Made by a program: the position numbers and the translations under genes. A DNA stretch of 64,000 nt from Octopus sinensis (lineage: Eukaryota), in assembly GCF_006345805.1 (NCBI RefSeq), contig NC_042998.1, positions 9,052,001 through 9,116,000 of the forward strand. Direction: 5' to 3'. Below the pieces are notes generated by a model. That model was not told the origin of the DNA, did not search any database, and saw only the letters and a program-made list of their open reading frames with translations. How positions within the stretch are numbered: the stretch's first letter is position 1; the number at the start of each line of letters is the position of its first letter. Below are positions 38,430 through 51,887 of this stretch, in pieces.

Positions 38430-39708
38430 TATAAATATAAAATATAAGTTAAAAATTCTATAATTATGAGTATAATTATAATTAGGGTTCAACAAAATTT
38501 GCTTCACCCACATACCTGTCTGGGAGATATCTTATGATAGTAAAATAGTAGTTTAACTGCTAAATGTCAGTATGTGGTGAAACAAATTTTGCTGAACCCT
38601 AATTATAATTATACTCATAATTATAGAATTTTTGTATAAGTTTACCAATAATGGTTCATTTAACATACCGAACTACTTGGTAAAATTATTAATTAATTAA
38701 TTAATTTTACCCTTTATTATTATTAAAATGTATGTATAAAGTGTTGAAAATCTCCATCCATCTCAGGAGAACTGAGGCTCTGTCAAGCTTTCCCCCACTC
38801 CTCATCTATTTTCTCCACTTCCCACTACACTGAACTGATATCCTCTGTGTTTAACTGACTCCCTGTCTGTAATCATCTGTCAGAATATTTTCACTCCACT
38901 ATCCTATTCTGTCTCATATTCATATTGTACCCAGCCCTCTTTTCTCTTTCTCTCTCTTTGTCTGTCACTTCCAGGTGGGCAAACCAATGTATTCACCTCT
39001 TCAACAAGACACATGCTTCCCTCCTATTACAGTTTCTTTCCTCGATTTTATACCCGACTCAGTTGAGGGGTCTTATCTTGTGGGTACTTGACCACCTCAC
39101 CAGTGCTGGTGCCATATAAAAAGCACCCAGTACACTCTGTTAGGTGGTATTAGGAGGGACATCCAACTGTAGAAACCATGCCAAAACAGACATAGAACTT
39201 GTAAGAGCCCTCTGGCTCATTTGTTCCTCGAACCATCCAACCTATGCCAGCAAGGAAAAAGGGTCATTAAATGATGATGATGATGATATATATATATATA
39301 TGTATGTATGTATGTATGTACACCTGTGTGTACTTGTGTTTGTTCCTCAACACTACATAACAGTTGGCGTTGGTTTGTTTACATCCCTGTAACTTAGCAG
39401 TCTGGCAAAAGAGATCAATAAAAAAAAAAGTACTAAGCTTTAAAAAATATATACTGGGGTCAATTTGTTCGACTAAAACCCTTTAGGGCAGGGCTCCAAC
39501 ATGGCCACAGTCCAATGACTGAAACAGGTAAAAAATTAAAGAGGAAAATAATTCCATTGTAAATTGTGAGTCAGTCTCATTAACAAAAAATGTCTGTTTA
39601 TGTCGTTGTTCGTTTTAACCTTTTTTTTTATGTTATCTGTTAATGAGTCTCTTAAATTGCTGTTATTTTTTCATTTGCTTTTTGTAATTTTACTTTCTGT
39701 TTCTCTAG

Positions 39709-39837
39709 ATTGAGGAAGATGCCTACCAAGAAGATCTTGGCTTCTCCTTAGGAAATATCAAGCGCTCCAAATCAGGTCGAGTTAGGGGCCCTGTTGTGGA
39801 TTCTAAAACTAAAGCAAGGATCTCCAAAACACTTCAA
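39709..39837 (+). CDS. PRPF31: Prp31 coding exon 11 (IEEDAYQEDLGFSLG...KARISKTLQ)
   Basis: IEEDAYQEDLGFSLG matches the human protein as recalled. AG/GT boundaries, 129 nt. Confidence 0.97.
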
Positions 39838-39965
39838 GTAAGAATCTTTCAAATTCATTCTCTCTCTCTCTTCTGTGTTTGTATCAGCCTCTCACACTTT
39901 TTCCCCCTCCAATTCCTATCATTCCCCCATCTCTCACATTCCATTTATCTATATTTCCACCATGT

Positions 39966-40201
39966 GGAAAGGCGGTGAGCTGGCAGAAACGTTAGCACGC
40001 CGGGTGAAATGCTTAGCAGTATTTCGTCTGCCGCTACGTTCTGAGTTCAAATTCCGCCGAGGTCGACTTTGCCTTTCATCCTTTCGGGGTCGATAAAATA
40101 AGTACCAGTTACGCACTGGGTTCGATGTAATCGACTTAATACCTTTGTCTATCCTTGTTTGTCCCCTCTATGTTTAGCCCCTTATGGGTAATAAAGAAAT
40201 A
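39966..40201 (+). mobile_element. tRNA-derived SINE family B with 16 bp TSD TATATTTCCACCATGT (other copies 32304-32534, 46970-47190, 55126-55350)
   Basis: Head ggcggtgagctggcagaa...gagttcaaattcc, core gcctttcatcctttcggggtcgataaa. TSD at 39950-39965 and 40202-40217. Confidence 0.85.
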
Positions 40202-42062
40202 TATATTTCCACCATGTTGCATTTTTTTTATGATAACCAAGTACACCATCTTTTGGATATGGTTGCAAAATTACAGAACTAAATTGGTTGGTAAGCAAGC
40301 TACTTACCACACAGCCACACAGCTTAAATGCTAAAGGGTTAATTAATATGATTAATGTTTAATTTTGAGCTGTTGCAGAATAGTAGGTATGGGTAGAAAA
40401 GATGGGGGAAAGGAACTGGTGCAAGGTATTTAGATTAGGCTCTTAGAATAGAAAAGGTAATAAATGAGAATAAAAAAGGTAATAAATAGGAGAAAAAGAT
40501 TGAAATGAAATAATCAGTTCAGGTGAAATTAGAATACAGTAAGAAATCTCTGAGGAGCAAAGAGTATTATTGTAGTAATACGAGTAGAAAAGATGGTTTT
40601 ACGATATTAAGATAATTGAAGAATATTGGTTTCAAATTTTGGCACAAGACGAGCAATTGCAGGAAAGGGGTGAGGTCAATTACATCAACCCCAGTGCTTA
40701 ACTGGTACCTATTTTAATAACCCCAAAAGGATGAAAGCCAAAGTCAACCATATCAGAATTTGAACTCAGAACGTAAAGACAGGCAAAATGCTTAGCAGCA
40801 TTTTGCCTGGTGCACTGACAATTCTGCCTGTTTGCTGCCTAATAATTGAAGAATATTAAGTCTGTCTATAGGATAAATGGGTATGGCATTTTATAATGGT
40901 CCAGAATGTACATGCATGTGTGGTGAGAAAATTGTGGGAGGAAGGTAAGGACAGTGAGAGAGTAACCTCAAGCAGGAGATCTAACCCGAGTATTTGCAAC
41001 GGAATGGACTCTGCTAAAGGCAATGACCTGATGATGGTACTAAGCCAGGTAATAGATAAAGTCTTCCACCCATGTAGGCTACTGGCATTTGAACTCAGAA
41101 AGCAAAGCGCTAAAACAAATACCCCAAGGTATCCCATCTAACTGGTGCTTTATCAACCCCCAGAAAGATGGAAACAAAGATGGTTTTGGCAGGATTTGAA
41201 CTCAGAATGCAAAGAACCAGAATAAATATTGGTTTTTAATTTGGCACAAGGCCAGCAATTTCAGAGAGAGGGGATAAGTCAATTACATCGTCCCCCAGTC
41301 CCCAGCTTCTACTTATTTTATCGACTCCTAAAGGATGAAAGGCAAAGTCAACCTTGTCGGAATTTGAACTCAGAATGTAAAGCTGGAAGAAATGCCACTA
41401 AGCATTTTGCCCAGCATGCTAACGATTCTGCCAGCTCGCCGCCTTTAAGAGCCAGAATAAATGTTCCTTTCTACTAAAGGCACAAGACCTGAAATTTTGG
41501 GTGAGTAGGACTAGTCAATTACATCGACCCCAGTGGTTGACTGGTACTTTTATCACCCCCTAAAGGATGAAAGGCAAAATCAACTTTGGCAAGATTTGAA
41601 CTCAGAACGTAAAGACAATCAAAATGCCACCAAGCTTTTTGTCTGACATGTTAATGATTCTACCACCTCACAGCCATAGTAAATATTGGTTTCAAATTTG
41701 GACACAAGGCCAGCAATTTGGGGGAGGGGTGTGTCAGTTATATCAACCCCAGGGCTCAACTGGTAAATCACCTTATTGACCCCAAAAGGATGAATGGCAA
41801 AGTCACCCTCAGTGGAATTTGAACTCAGAACATAAAGACAGATGAAATGCCAATAAGCATTTTGTCCAGTGTGCTAATGATTCTGCCAGCTCATTTCCTC
41901 AGAGCCATAATAAATATTGCAAAGCATTTTGTCTGACATGATTTAGCCTACTCGCTACTAATTGCTAACATTGATGGAAAAAAATATAATTGTCGTTATC
42001 ATATACTTCTTTATAATTAATGTATATATTGAGCTGATTTTCTGTTTTTCTTTTTCCTGCAG

Positions 42063-42161
42063 CAAAAACTTCAGAAACAGAACCAAGTGTGGGGGGGAAG
42101 TACGACTGTGAAACGGCAAATTGCTGGAACGGCATCCAGTGTGGCTTTCACTCCTCTGCAG
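42063..42161 (+). CDS. PRPF31: Prp31 coding exon 12 (QKLQKQNQVWGGSTTVKRQIAGTASSVAFTPLQ)
   Basis: Conserved GTASSVAFTPLQ. ctgcag acceptor, gtaagt donor, 99 nt. Confidence 0.97.
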
Positions 42162-43214
42162 GTAAGTGGTAATGGAATTAAGGTACATCAAATCAAGGTC
42201 ATTTACAGCAGTGAATCTCACCTTTGACTAGCTTTGACTAGCCATTAATACAGTCCAACGCATGCCAGCATGGAAAACAAACATTAAATAGAGATGATGA
42301 TGATGACAGCATATCTGCTGTGATTAAGGAGACACAAATTGTACAGTTCTTTTATACTCTTGGCACAAGGCCTGAAATTTTGTGGGAGGGTGCCAGTTGA
42401 TTACATTGACCCCAGTACACAACTGGTACTTAATTCATCAACCTTGAAAGGATGAAAAGCATAGTTGGCTTCTGTGGAATTTGAACTCAGAACGTAAAGA
42501 CATACGAACTACTGCTCAGCATTTCACCCAGCATGCTAAGATTTCTGCCAGCTCGCCATCTTACAAACTGTATAGATCTTGAAAGAAAGATTAGTCTAAG
42601 AGCTCAGATTGCAAACTGGATATCAAAATTATAGGTAAACAGAGGAAGATATTGAAAGAATTATTTAGATCTAAAGTTGGATGCCTCTGGTAAGATGAGA
42701 TAACAATATATATATATATATACTTTATAATCAGGGTTCAGCAAAGATTTGCTTCACCACATACCGAAGTTTAGAAATAGCAAATGTGGTGAAGCAAATC
42801 TTTGCTGAACCCTGATTATAAAGTATTACTTAAGCTTACCATGAAATGGTCTTTTTCATGCCGAATTCTACTTGGTGAAATTACTGATTACTTCTTAATT
42901 AATTAATTTTACCATTTGTTATTATATATATATATATTACGGAGAAGTGATTTGATCTGAGCTCGTGTGCTGGAATGAAAACAATTGCAGCGTAGAAGGT
43001 GTTTATAAGCCATTTAAGAAACACACCAAATCCGTTAGATTCCCTTCAACATTTAAATTTAATTTGTCAAAACATTTTCGTCGCTTTGAGATCGCGACCT
43101 GTTCATTGACAAAATTCTGTGCTGTATTTTGTTATTGAACAGATCGCAGTTTCAAAACGTCGAAAATATTTTGACAAATTAAATTTAAATGTTAAAGTGA
43201 ATCTAACAGATTGT

Positions 43215-43246
<32 letters not shown>

Positions 43247-43250
43247 CACA

Positions 43251-43463
43251 GGGGTGGGGACTGAAAAGTTCCTGGCTTTGGGTAAAAGAAAATATGGATG
43301 GATCTGTTAATTACAATTTTAATCAACATATTTCCCTCTCAGATTCACATTTATTGCAGTGGTCCTTCAGTTTTTCTAAGCCCTGTAAAAGAACTTGGAA
43401 GTTTGGGCCTCCAACCTGGCCTTTCACTATACCCTTAAAGCCAGGAACTCTTCAGAACCCCCT
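43251..43463. mobile_element. Mariner-derived MITE
   Basis: Imperfect TIRs ctgaaaagttcctggcttt / aaagccaggaactcttcag. Confidence 0.55.
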
Positions 43464-44380
43464 GACAGAATTGTTAGTGCTCCAGACACATACTTAATGG
43501 CATTTCAGCTGTCTTAACACTCTGAGTTCAAATTCTGCCAAGATTGTCTTTGCCTTTCATCCTTTCAGGGTTGATAAAATAAGTACACTGGGGTTGATGT
43601 AATTGCTGGCCTTTTGCCAAAATTTGAAACCAATATACATATATGTGTGTATGTGTGTGTGTGTATAGATATATATATGGCTGTTGCCAGCCTCCTCTGG
43701 CCCCTGTGCCGGTGGCATGTAAATAGCACCCACTCACTCATGGAGTGGTTGACGTTAGGAAGGGCATCCAGCTGTAGAAACACTGCTAGATCAGACTGGA
43801 GCCTGGTGCAGCCTTCTGGCTTCCCAGACCCTGGAACTGTCCAACCCATGATAGCATGGAAAACGGACGTTAAACGATGATTATATATATAGATATATAT
43901 ATATATGGGAAGATATACTGTTGACCTGTCCAACTGATAAAAGTATGAGGAAAATAGCATTGAAATACTTCGTTTTTGGGATTTGGTCTGCAAGATTCTT
44001 TATGTGAGTTCATGTGTTGAAACATATTTTGTTGTGTCTGGGGAGAGTCATACTCTTTTAGTGCCTTATTATTTAACACATTCACTGGTAAAGTTTCCAT
44101 AATATATGACTATTGAAAAGGTTGCAAGACGCAATGAAAAATTTTAGTAAAAATAAATAAGTAAATGAGTGGAAACTTTAGTGGTGAGTGAGTTAAATAA
44201 GGCACTAAAAGAGAATGACTCTCTCCTGACACAACAAAGCATTGAAAAAATTTCTTCTAATACGTAGGTCTTAAATCATAAATCAACTTGCACAATAAGA
44301 GCGTATTTGTACACTCTTATTTGAATAATAAGTTTGATTAAATTATCAGCTAAAACATTGAAAATGTATGCATATACTCT

Positions 44381-44940
44381 TTTTACTCTTTTACTTGTTT
44401 CAGTCATATGACTGCGGCCATGCTGGAGCACGGCCTTTAATCGAGTAACTCGACCCCGGGACTTATTCTTTTGTAAGCCCAGTACTTATTCTATCGGTCT
44501 CTTTTGCCGAACCGCTAAGTAACGGGAACGTAAACACACCAGCATCGGTTGTCAAGAAATGCTAGGGGGACAAACACAGACACACAAACACACACACACA
44601 CACATATATATGAGTGGTTGGCGTAGGAAGGGCATCAAGCTGTAGAAACACTGCCAGATCAGACTGGAGCCTGGTGCAGCTCCGGGCTTCCCAGATCCCC
44701 GGTCGAACCGTCCAACCCATGCTAGCGCGGAAAACGGACGTTAAACGAGGATGATGATGATGATGATATATATACGACGGGCTTCTTTTACTTTCCGTCT
44801 ACCAAATCCACTCACAAGGCTTCGGTCGGCCCGGGGCTATAGCAGAAGACACTTGCCCAAGGTGCCACGCAGTGGGACTGAACCCGGAACCATGTGGTTG
44901 GTAAACAAGCTACTTACCACACAGCCACTCCTGCGCCTAT
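44381..44940 (-). mobile_element. SINE family A split by a nested RTE-tail insertion (44611-44765, +)
   Basis: 3' half at 44381-44610 and 5' half at 44770-44940, around an oppositely oriented (GAT)n-tailed fragment. Confidence 0.8.
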
Positions 44941-46795
44941 GTGCAGACAAGGATGCATAGAATCTGTACTTGCCACCTTTTCAGTAAAGCAATTGTGTTG
45001 ATATTGAGAAACTTGATGTTTTAAACTAACGATTTAATTCTAATTTGTCTGATTCATTTTCCTTCATTTTCTTCTTCTTCCTGCCATTTGCTGAGCTAGC
45101 CTGTCTTTTCGTTCTGATTATGTGTGTGAATGAACGTGGCCAGGTCACATTCAATGTCATATCCAAACAATGCCTTATACTGAATAGTTGTAAATTGTCT
45201 ATTTAGAAATATACAGCTGCTCAGTTGCTTTTTTTTTTTTTTTTTTTTTCTATTGATTATCCATGAAGAGTTAGAATTCCTCACTACTGCAATAACATAA
45301 TTGCTCTGTTTTTTAGTTGTACAAAGTTTAGCCAATTGAAAGAGTTTCAGCTGTTGTAGTGCTTCCTCTCCTATTTTTTTTTTTTTTTTATTTAATACAA
45401 AGAAGTCCGATAAATATTAAATTGTACCCAGTATACAAATTTTCCGTATCATTTAAAATAAGGATTTGACATTAAATCTCGCATTCATTCACACTTTATA
45501 TTTCTGTTTCTTTCCCCCGTGCCAAGAGCACCATCCGAGCGTGATCGTTGCCAGAGCAGCCAACTGGCTTCCGTACCTGTGGCATGTAAAAGGACACCAT
45601 TCGAGTGTGATCGTTACCAACATCTCTTCACTGGCACATGTAAAAAGATTCGAGCGAGGTCATTGCCAGTACCACCTGACTGGCCCCCATGCCAGTGGCG
45701 CGTAAAAAGCACCCACTACACTCTCGGAGTGGTTGGCGTTAGGAAGGGCATCCAGCTGTAGAAACTCTGCCAGATCAAGATTGGAGCCTGGTGCAGCCAT
45801 CTGGTTCGCCAGCCCTCAGTCGAAAGCGGACGTTAAACGATGATGATGATGATGATTCTCTTTCTCACACTCCCCTTCTCTTTTTTTACCTTTCTTTTTC
45901 ATCTCTAATGGTTCAGTTCCCCCAAATTGTATCTTGCTCGAGGTACCATGCAGTGGAACTTCTGCAGCCTTGAGCTGACCACTGCCTCTGAGTGTAGTTA
46001 AAGGATGTATACTATATGGCAGACTGTCATGTGTATATAAATATGCGTGTATATGTAAGTGCACATACAAATGTTGACATTTAACAGCTTTGCTTGTCAC
46101 CATCTCAGCAACACGGCGTTATGATATTGACATTGCTTTTTGAAATTATGACCACTCAATTGTGCTTTCAAAGACCAATGGAATAAAAGCAGGGAAAAGT
46201 TGACTATAGAAAGAGCATCCCTTCATGAAATCCTATCACAAACAAATACCCATGCAACCCATTCCAGCATGGAGAAACAGACATTAAATGACTGGACAAG
46301 CAAATAGAGTTGGAATAAGGAAAACTTGAAGCCCAATTTTACTTCATTGTCAGAATTTTTCACTTCCTGGACTAACTTTCAATTTCTACATTTCCATAAC
46401 CCTTGTTGTTTCATCATCATCAACATTTAACATCCGTTTTCCATGTTGGCATGGGTTGGATGGCTTGACAGGAACTGGCAAGGCCAGGGGCCACAACAGG
46501 TTCCATAATCTATTTTGGCTTGGTTTCTACAGCTTGATGCCCTTCCTAACACCAACCACTTGACAGAGTACACTGGGTGTTTTTTATGTGGCACTAGTGC
46601 TTTTTAAATAGCACCAGCACCCACAACCAATGCTTTTTATGTGGCGCCTTTGGTTTTAGGATCTCAGTTTTGTTGTGGTGGGCAAGTCTTCTCAAGTACA
46701 GCTTTGTTTAATTCATAAAATCATGATCTTTTTTCTTTGTATCCAACTTATTGTCTTGCCTATTTTTCTAAACATTTTATTTCTCTCTTTGTTAG

Positions 46796-46900
46796 GGCTT
46801 GGAAATAGTAAATCCACAAGCAGCAGAGAAGAAGATGATGGAAGCCAACCAAAAGTACTTTTCAAGTACATCTGGATTTATCAAACTTAAAGATCAGTAA
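46796..46900 (+). CDS. PRPF31: Prp31 last coding exon (GLEIVNPQAAEKKMMEANQKYFSSTSGFIKLKDQ*)
   Basis: Conserved GLEIVNPQAAEKK..ANQKYFS. TAA at 46898-46900; AATAAA at 46909 and 47229. Confidence 0.97.
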   Translation, partial: GLEIVNPQAAEKKMMEANQKYFSSTSGFIKLKDQ

Positions 46901-47744
46901 AACAATTAAATAAATACAAATGATAGTCTTTCCTCACTTAAAGAAATGCAATATGTTAAAAAATCTAAGGCAGCAAGCTAGCAGAATTGTTGTCACGCCA
47001 AGTAAAATGCTTAGTGGCAGGCATTTCATCTGTCTTTACTTTCTGAGTTCAGTTCCTGCTGAGGTCGACTTTGCCTTTCATCCTTTCAGGGTCGATAAAT
47101 TAAGTACCAACTGAATGCTAGGGCCGATGTAATCGACTTATCTCCACCCCCAGAATTGCTGGCCTTGTGCCTAAATTTGAAATCAATATTGTGTTTCTCA
47201 TACTTACCATCTATTTTGTATGGTTTGGAATAAAACTTTGAACCAAAAATGCACAGAAAAATAAATCCAGCATGGAGCTCTGCATTATTTTTCATTCTTT
47301 TGTTAATTTTAAAGTCTTGTAATTACATTAACAAGAACAATTCTGAACTCACTCAAAAAGAGAATGTTGAAAAATCATCTGTAAACAGGTAATTTTGTGA
47401 CATTAAATTGTTTCTAATTTTAGAAATATTCAATACATTTTTGTCAGTTTTTTTATTTATTTTTTTCATTCGAACCTTACAATAATAAAATATTTCATTG
47501 ATTTTCTTAAATATAATGTTTTGTATTTTCCTGTAAATTATTTTTATGGCTGAAAGGGAAAAAATATTTTAAAAAAACACATATGCCACCACTTTACTAA
47601 TTTGTTGAGTTTAAAGTGTTTTTGTGCTACATTAGTAACAATTAGTAAACTAAAGACAACAACTCTTGCAAAGAGTGAAAAGAATTGTCTCATCAAATGT
47701 TACAAATTATATACTGTGTTTACATTTTAACATAGTATAAGTAT

Positions 47745-48187
47745 ATGGAAGATGGCAGAATCCCCAAGGACATACTCTACGGAGAGCTTGCTAGGGGTAC
47801 TATGTCTGTGGGTAGACCGTTCTTACGTTACAAGGATGTTTGCAAAAGGGACATGAAGGCCTGCAACATCAATATTAGCGGTTGGGAAGTAGTTGCCGGC
47901 AACCGTGGAGAATGGCGACGTACCTTAAAAGAGGGAATACAAAGGAGTGACAGAGAGAGAGACGAGAAATGGAAAGACAAGAAAAGACGTCAACAAGAAA
48001 CTATGACACTACAACCAGCCAGGAACAGTCTTCGCTACATTTGCGGTACCTGCAAGAGGGAGTGTTTGTCCAGGATAGGACTACACAGCCACAGCAGGAA
48101 ATGTATCAGAACATGAAATGTAAAAGCCGGACTAGACTATTTTATGCACAACTCCATTGTCTCCCAAGACAAAAAGGATGCCAACAA
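47745..48187 (+). mobile_element. Third RTE family 3' end with a C-terminal C2H2 finger
   Basis: GRIPKDILYGEL...GRP.LRYKD...CGTCKRECLSRIGLHSHSRKC, followed by an RTE-like 3' end (gtctcccaagacaaaaaggatgcc). Confidence 0.85.
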
Positions 48188-50795
48188 GTCAAGATAGATT
48201 TTTCAGTCAAACCATCAATGTTTAAGCCTCTACTCCTTCTATGAGTTGACCCCTTTTCGAATTTTTATTTTTAATATTTGCTTTTATTATTCCACCAAGG
48301 TCAACTTTGCCTTTCATTCTTTTGGGGGTCAACAAAACAAGTACCAGTTGTAGACTGGGGTCAGTGTAATTGACATATCCTTCTCCTAAAATTGCTGGTC
48401 TTGTGCTAAAATTTGAAAACAAAATTTGCCATTATTAGGGTGGTGAGCTGGCAGAACCATGACCGTGCTGGACCAAATGCTTTGTGGCATTTCTTCTGGG
48501 TTTTTTCAAATGCCACCAGGGTCAACTTTGCTTTCATCCTCTTGGGGTTTTGAAATAAGTACCACTCATGCACTGGGGTCTGTGTAGACTAGACCCTTCT
48601 TCCAAAATTTCAGGCATTGTGCCTATTGTTGAATGGCATGTTCGCCTTTAGTTACAATTATAATCACACAACAATGTGAACACAACGTAAATATAAAGAG
48701 AATTAACAGATAACTAAAATTTTTGCTGTATGCTACCATGGTAGACCTGAAGTGTAAATATCCAAGCATCATTCTCTTTCCAAATCTTGCGGCATTTCAC
48801 ATGAAGTGTTTGGTCCTCTAAAGTTGTCCTAGTGTTTAAGTCAACCTACCTTTTTTTTTTTTTTTTAACACCATAAATTTTGGTTTGAAAAATTCAACTT
48901 GTATGTCTGAGAAATGCAGTTTAGTGAGTGTAGACCTTCCCTAACACCTGAGTAATTCATAGTTTACTATCATGGTCATGGTTTAAGAAGCAAGGCCAAA
49001 GACATAATATGATTGGCAACTAAAATGTCAAGAAAAAAATGATATATGAACTGTATAATGTGAGTCCACCATTGATATGTATAAAAGCAATCAAAAGAAT
49101 TTTGATCAGTTTTTAATATTTTTAAACAATAAATAATGCTTAACCACTCATGCATTAACTTGTAGCTTCAACATTTCAATGATGTAAATGTTTATTCTCA
49201 GAAAGTTATTGTAGGATAGTTGTGAAAGACCAGATGTGGCTTTTTGTAACATAAAACAGGTAGAAAATTTGAGCTGGTTTAAATTCTAATGGATTAAATT
49301 ATTTCTCTGAAATTTTGAAAGAGTTAAGACAAAAGTTTCAGGAAGCCAAGAAAATTCAGGCAATATTTTTATAGCACATCTTGTTAATTCTTTGATGTAT
49401 TCTGGCAAGCATTCTTGATAAAAATGTTAAAGCAAATTCCTCAAATATTTTCTAAGAAATTTGAGACTCAGGATTCAGGTCCATGTTATGTTGATAGATT
49501 TGAAATTTGCATGTATCAGACCTAATACTGTTCAAGTGCCATAAACCGTATTCTAAATATGCCATAACCTAGTAAATGAAATATAGTTTAGGAAGGTAGA
49601 TAGTGGTTTAGCTGTAGATCAGGTCTGATGAAAGTATTTTTATCAAAGTGAGAATAATTGTCTCTTCTTGAATAAAGAAATAAAGTTTATACATTATTTT
49701 TCTTGAAAACAAATTCTAAAAATATTTCCTTTTTTTTTTCCAGAGATTCTATAAAATGTTTAAATAACTATCACTAAAATAGACTTTGATATATTTCTTT
49801 AGTCCCTTTGCAGTATTAAAATACAGCATTAAACTGACCAATTTTTCTGTACATTTTTTTACAGTCAGACAGACTGTGTAATTAAGAAGCTCACTTTACA
49901 TCCATGTAGTTTCAGGTTCAGTCCCACTGCATGGCAGTTGGGGCAGGCGTCTTCAACTATAACTCCAATCTGACAAAAGAAACTGTAAAACAGTCGTATA
50001 TATATATGTGTGTATATGTCTTCGTGTTTGCATTTCTCCTCCACCTCTTGATGAGTGTTGGTTTGTTTATATCCCCGTAACTTAACGAAAGAGACTGGCA
50101 TAAGTACTGAGGTCAATTTGTTCAACTAAACCTTCGATGCTGCAGTCTAATGACTGAAACAAAAGATACTTCATTGAGTTGGGTTTGTAATGGAACTTTC
50201 ATCCAAAGAATTGATCCCACCAGGCTAAGAGCCTTTTCTTCTTCACATGCATTTCTCTTTTCTTTGTAGAATAATGATTAGGTGCAAATGTGCTTTGTGA
50301 TTAAGAAGCTTGCTTCCCAACCAATTAGTCTTGGATTCAGTCCCACTGCATAGCACCTTGAGCAAGTGTCTTCTACTATAGAACCAGGCCAAGTGGATTT
50401 GGTAGACGGAAATTGAAAGAAGTCCATTGTGTGTGTATGTATCATTGTCTAGACGTGATTGTTGTAAAGGAGTGTCACTGTCATACAAGCAGGGTTGTTT
50501 ATTTCCAGTCTTCCCATGATAAACATCTGCTATGGGAAAATATTACCTTACTTGGAAATAGGTGAGGGTTGGCAACGGGAAGGGCATCTGACTAGAAAAA
50601 TCAGAATTGCTGAAACAGAAAATCTGTCTTGACAAATTCAGTCTGATCCATGCCAGCATGAAATGGAGAAATTTAAATGATGATGATGATGTGTTGCCTT
50701 CAGTATGTCCTCACCAAATTATACAAATCTATTTCTCCTAGTCAGGAGAGAAGTGACTGTTATCTAGGCCCAGGTCAGCTCTTACCAAGCAGACA

Positions 50796-51084
50796 TCTTT
50801 ATATATAAAAGTCAAGTTGTGTGTCTGTCTCCTACGATTTAGATTCCTAACTACTCCCACATTTTGCAGTGCAGTGTAACCAAAAACGGGTATCTTATAG
50901 TCGTGATTCATATCGAGCCCGTCTGGGTATTAGCATGAGTCTACGATTTAAAAAAAAATTTACCATCAATTTTTCCCATTTTTAATGCATTTTTTTTACT
51001 ATTATATAAGGGAAGTAACTCTCTAAAAATGCTTATATAGTTATTTTCCTTACAAATCCGAGCAACGCCGGGTGATACTGCTAG
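50796..51084 (+). mobile_element. Non-autonomous Helitron, same family (a third copy begins at 63964, cut by the window end)
   Basis: A|TCTTTATATATAAAAG...CTAG|T. An empty-site paralogue is present at 51475-51547. Confidence 0.85.
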
Positions 51085-51887
51085 TATTATGTAAAATATT
51101 TCAGCTCTGACCATTCTGTCTTTCTTTAGTTTGAAAACTTCAACTTGTATGCCTGAAAAATGCAGTTTAGTGAGTGTAGGCCATCCTTAACACCTGAGTA
51201 ATTCATAGTTTTCTATCATGGTCATGGTTTCAGAAGCAAGGCCAAAGGCATAATATGACTGGCAACTAAAATGTCAAGAAAAAAATGATATATTATCTGT
51301 ATAATATGAGTCCAACATTGATATGTATAAAAGCAATCAAAAGAATTTTGATCAGTTTTTAATATTTTTAAACAATAAATAATGCTTAACCACTCATGCG
51401 TTATCTTGTAGCTTCAACATTTCAATGATGTAAATGTTTATTCTCAGAAAGTTATTGTAGGATAGTTATGAGAGGCCCAGGTCAGCTCTTACCAAGCAGA
51501 CATATTATGTAAAATACTTCAGCTCTGGTCATTCTGTCTTTCTTTCAGATACAGCATATATTGGGTTTTGTAATCCAATATTTCTTTCCATTCCCAAGAT
51601 AGTAGATTCTGATTTGAGATAGATTTTGCTGCTATTTCTTGCAAGCTGAGCAACCACATAGAGGTATCTTCGGTTCTTAGAGACTTGTGGTTTCTCACAA
51701 AGGCAATCAAAGATATAAGAAAGAATGAAAGCATTTACTATTCGATTAGTCATCAAGTTACAATGAGAGGGAAGTGTGGTCAGATACATACAAAGAGACT
51801 CACACAATGCCTGTTCCTACGCTATTATTTGTTACAACCATTAAACAATGAAGAAAATCCGATAAAGTCAGGTGGTGAAAGGGATAA

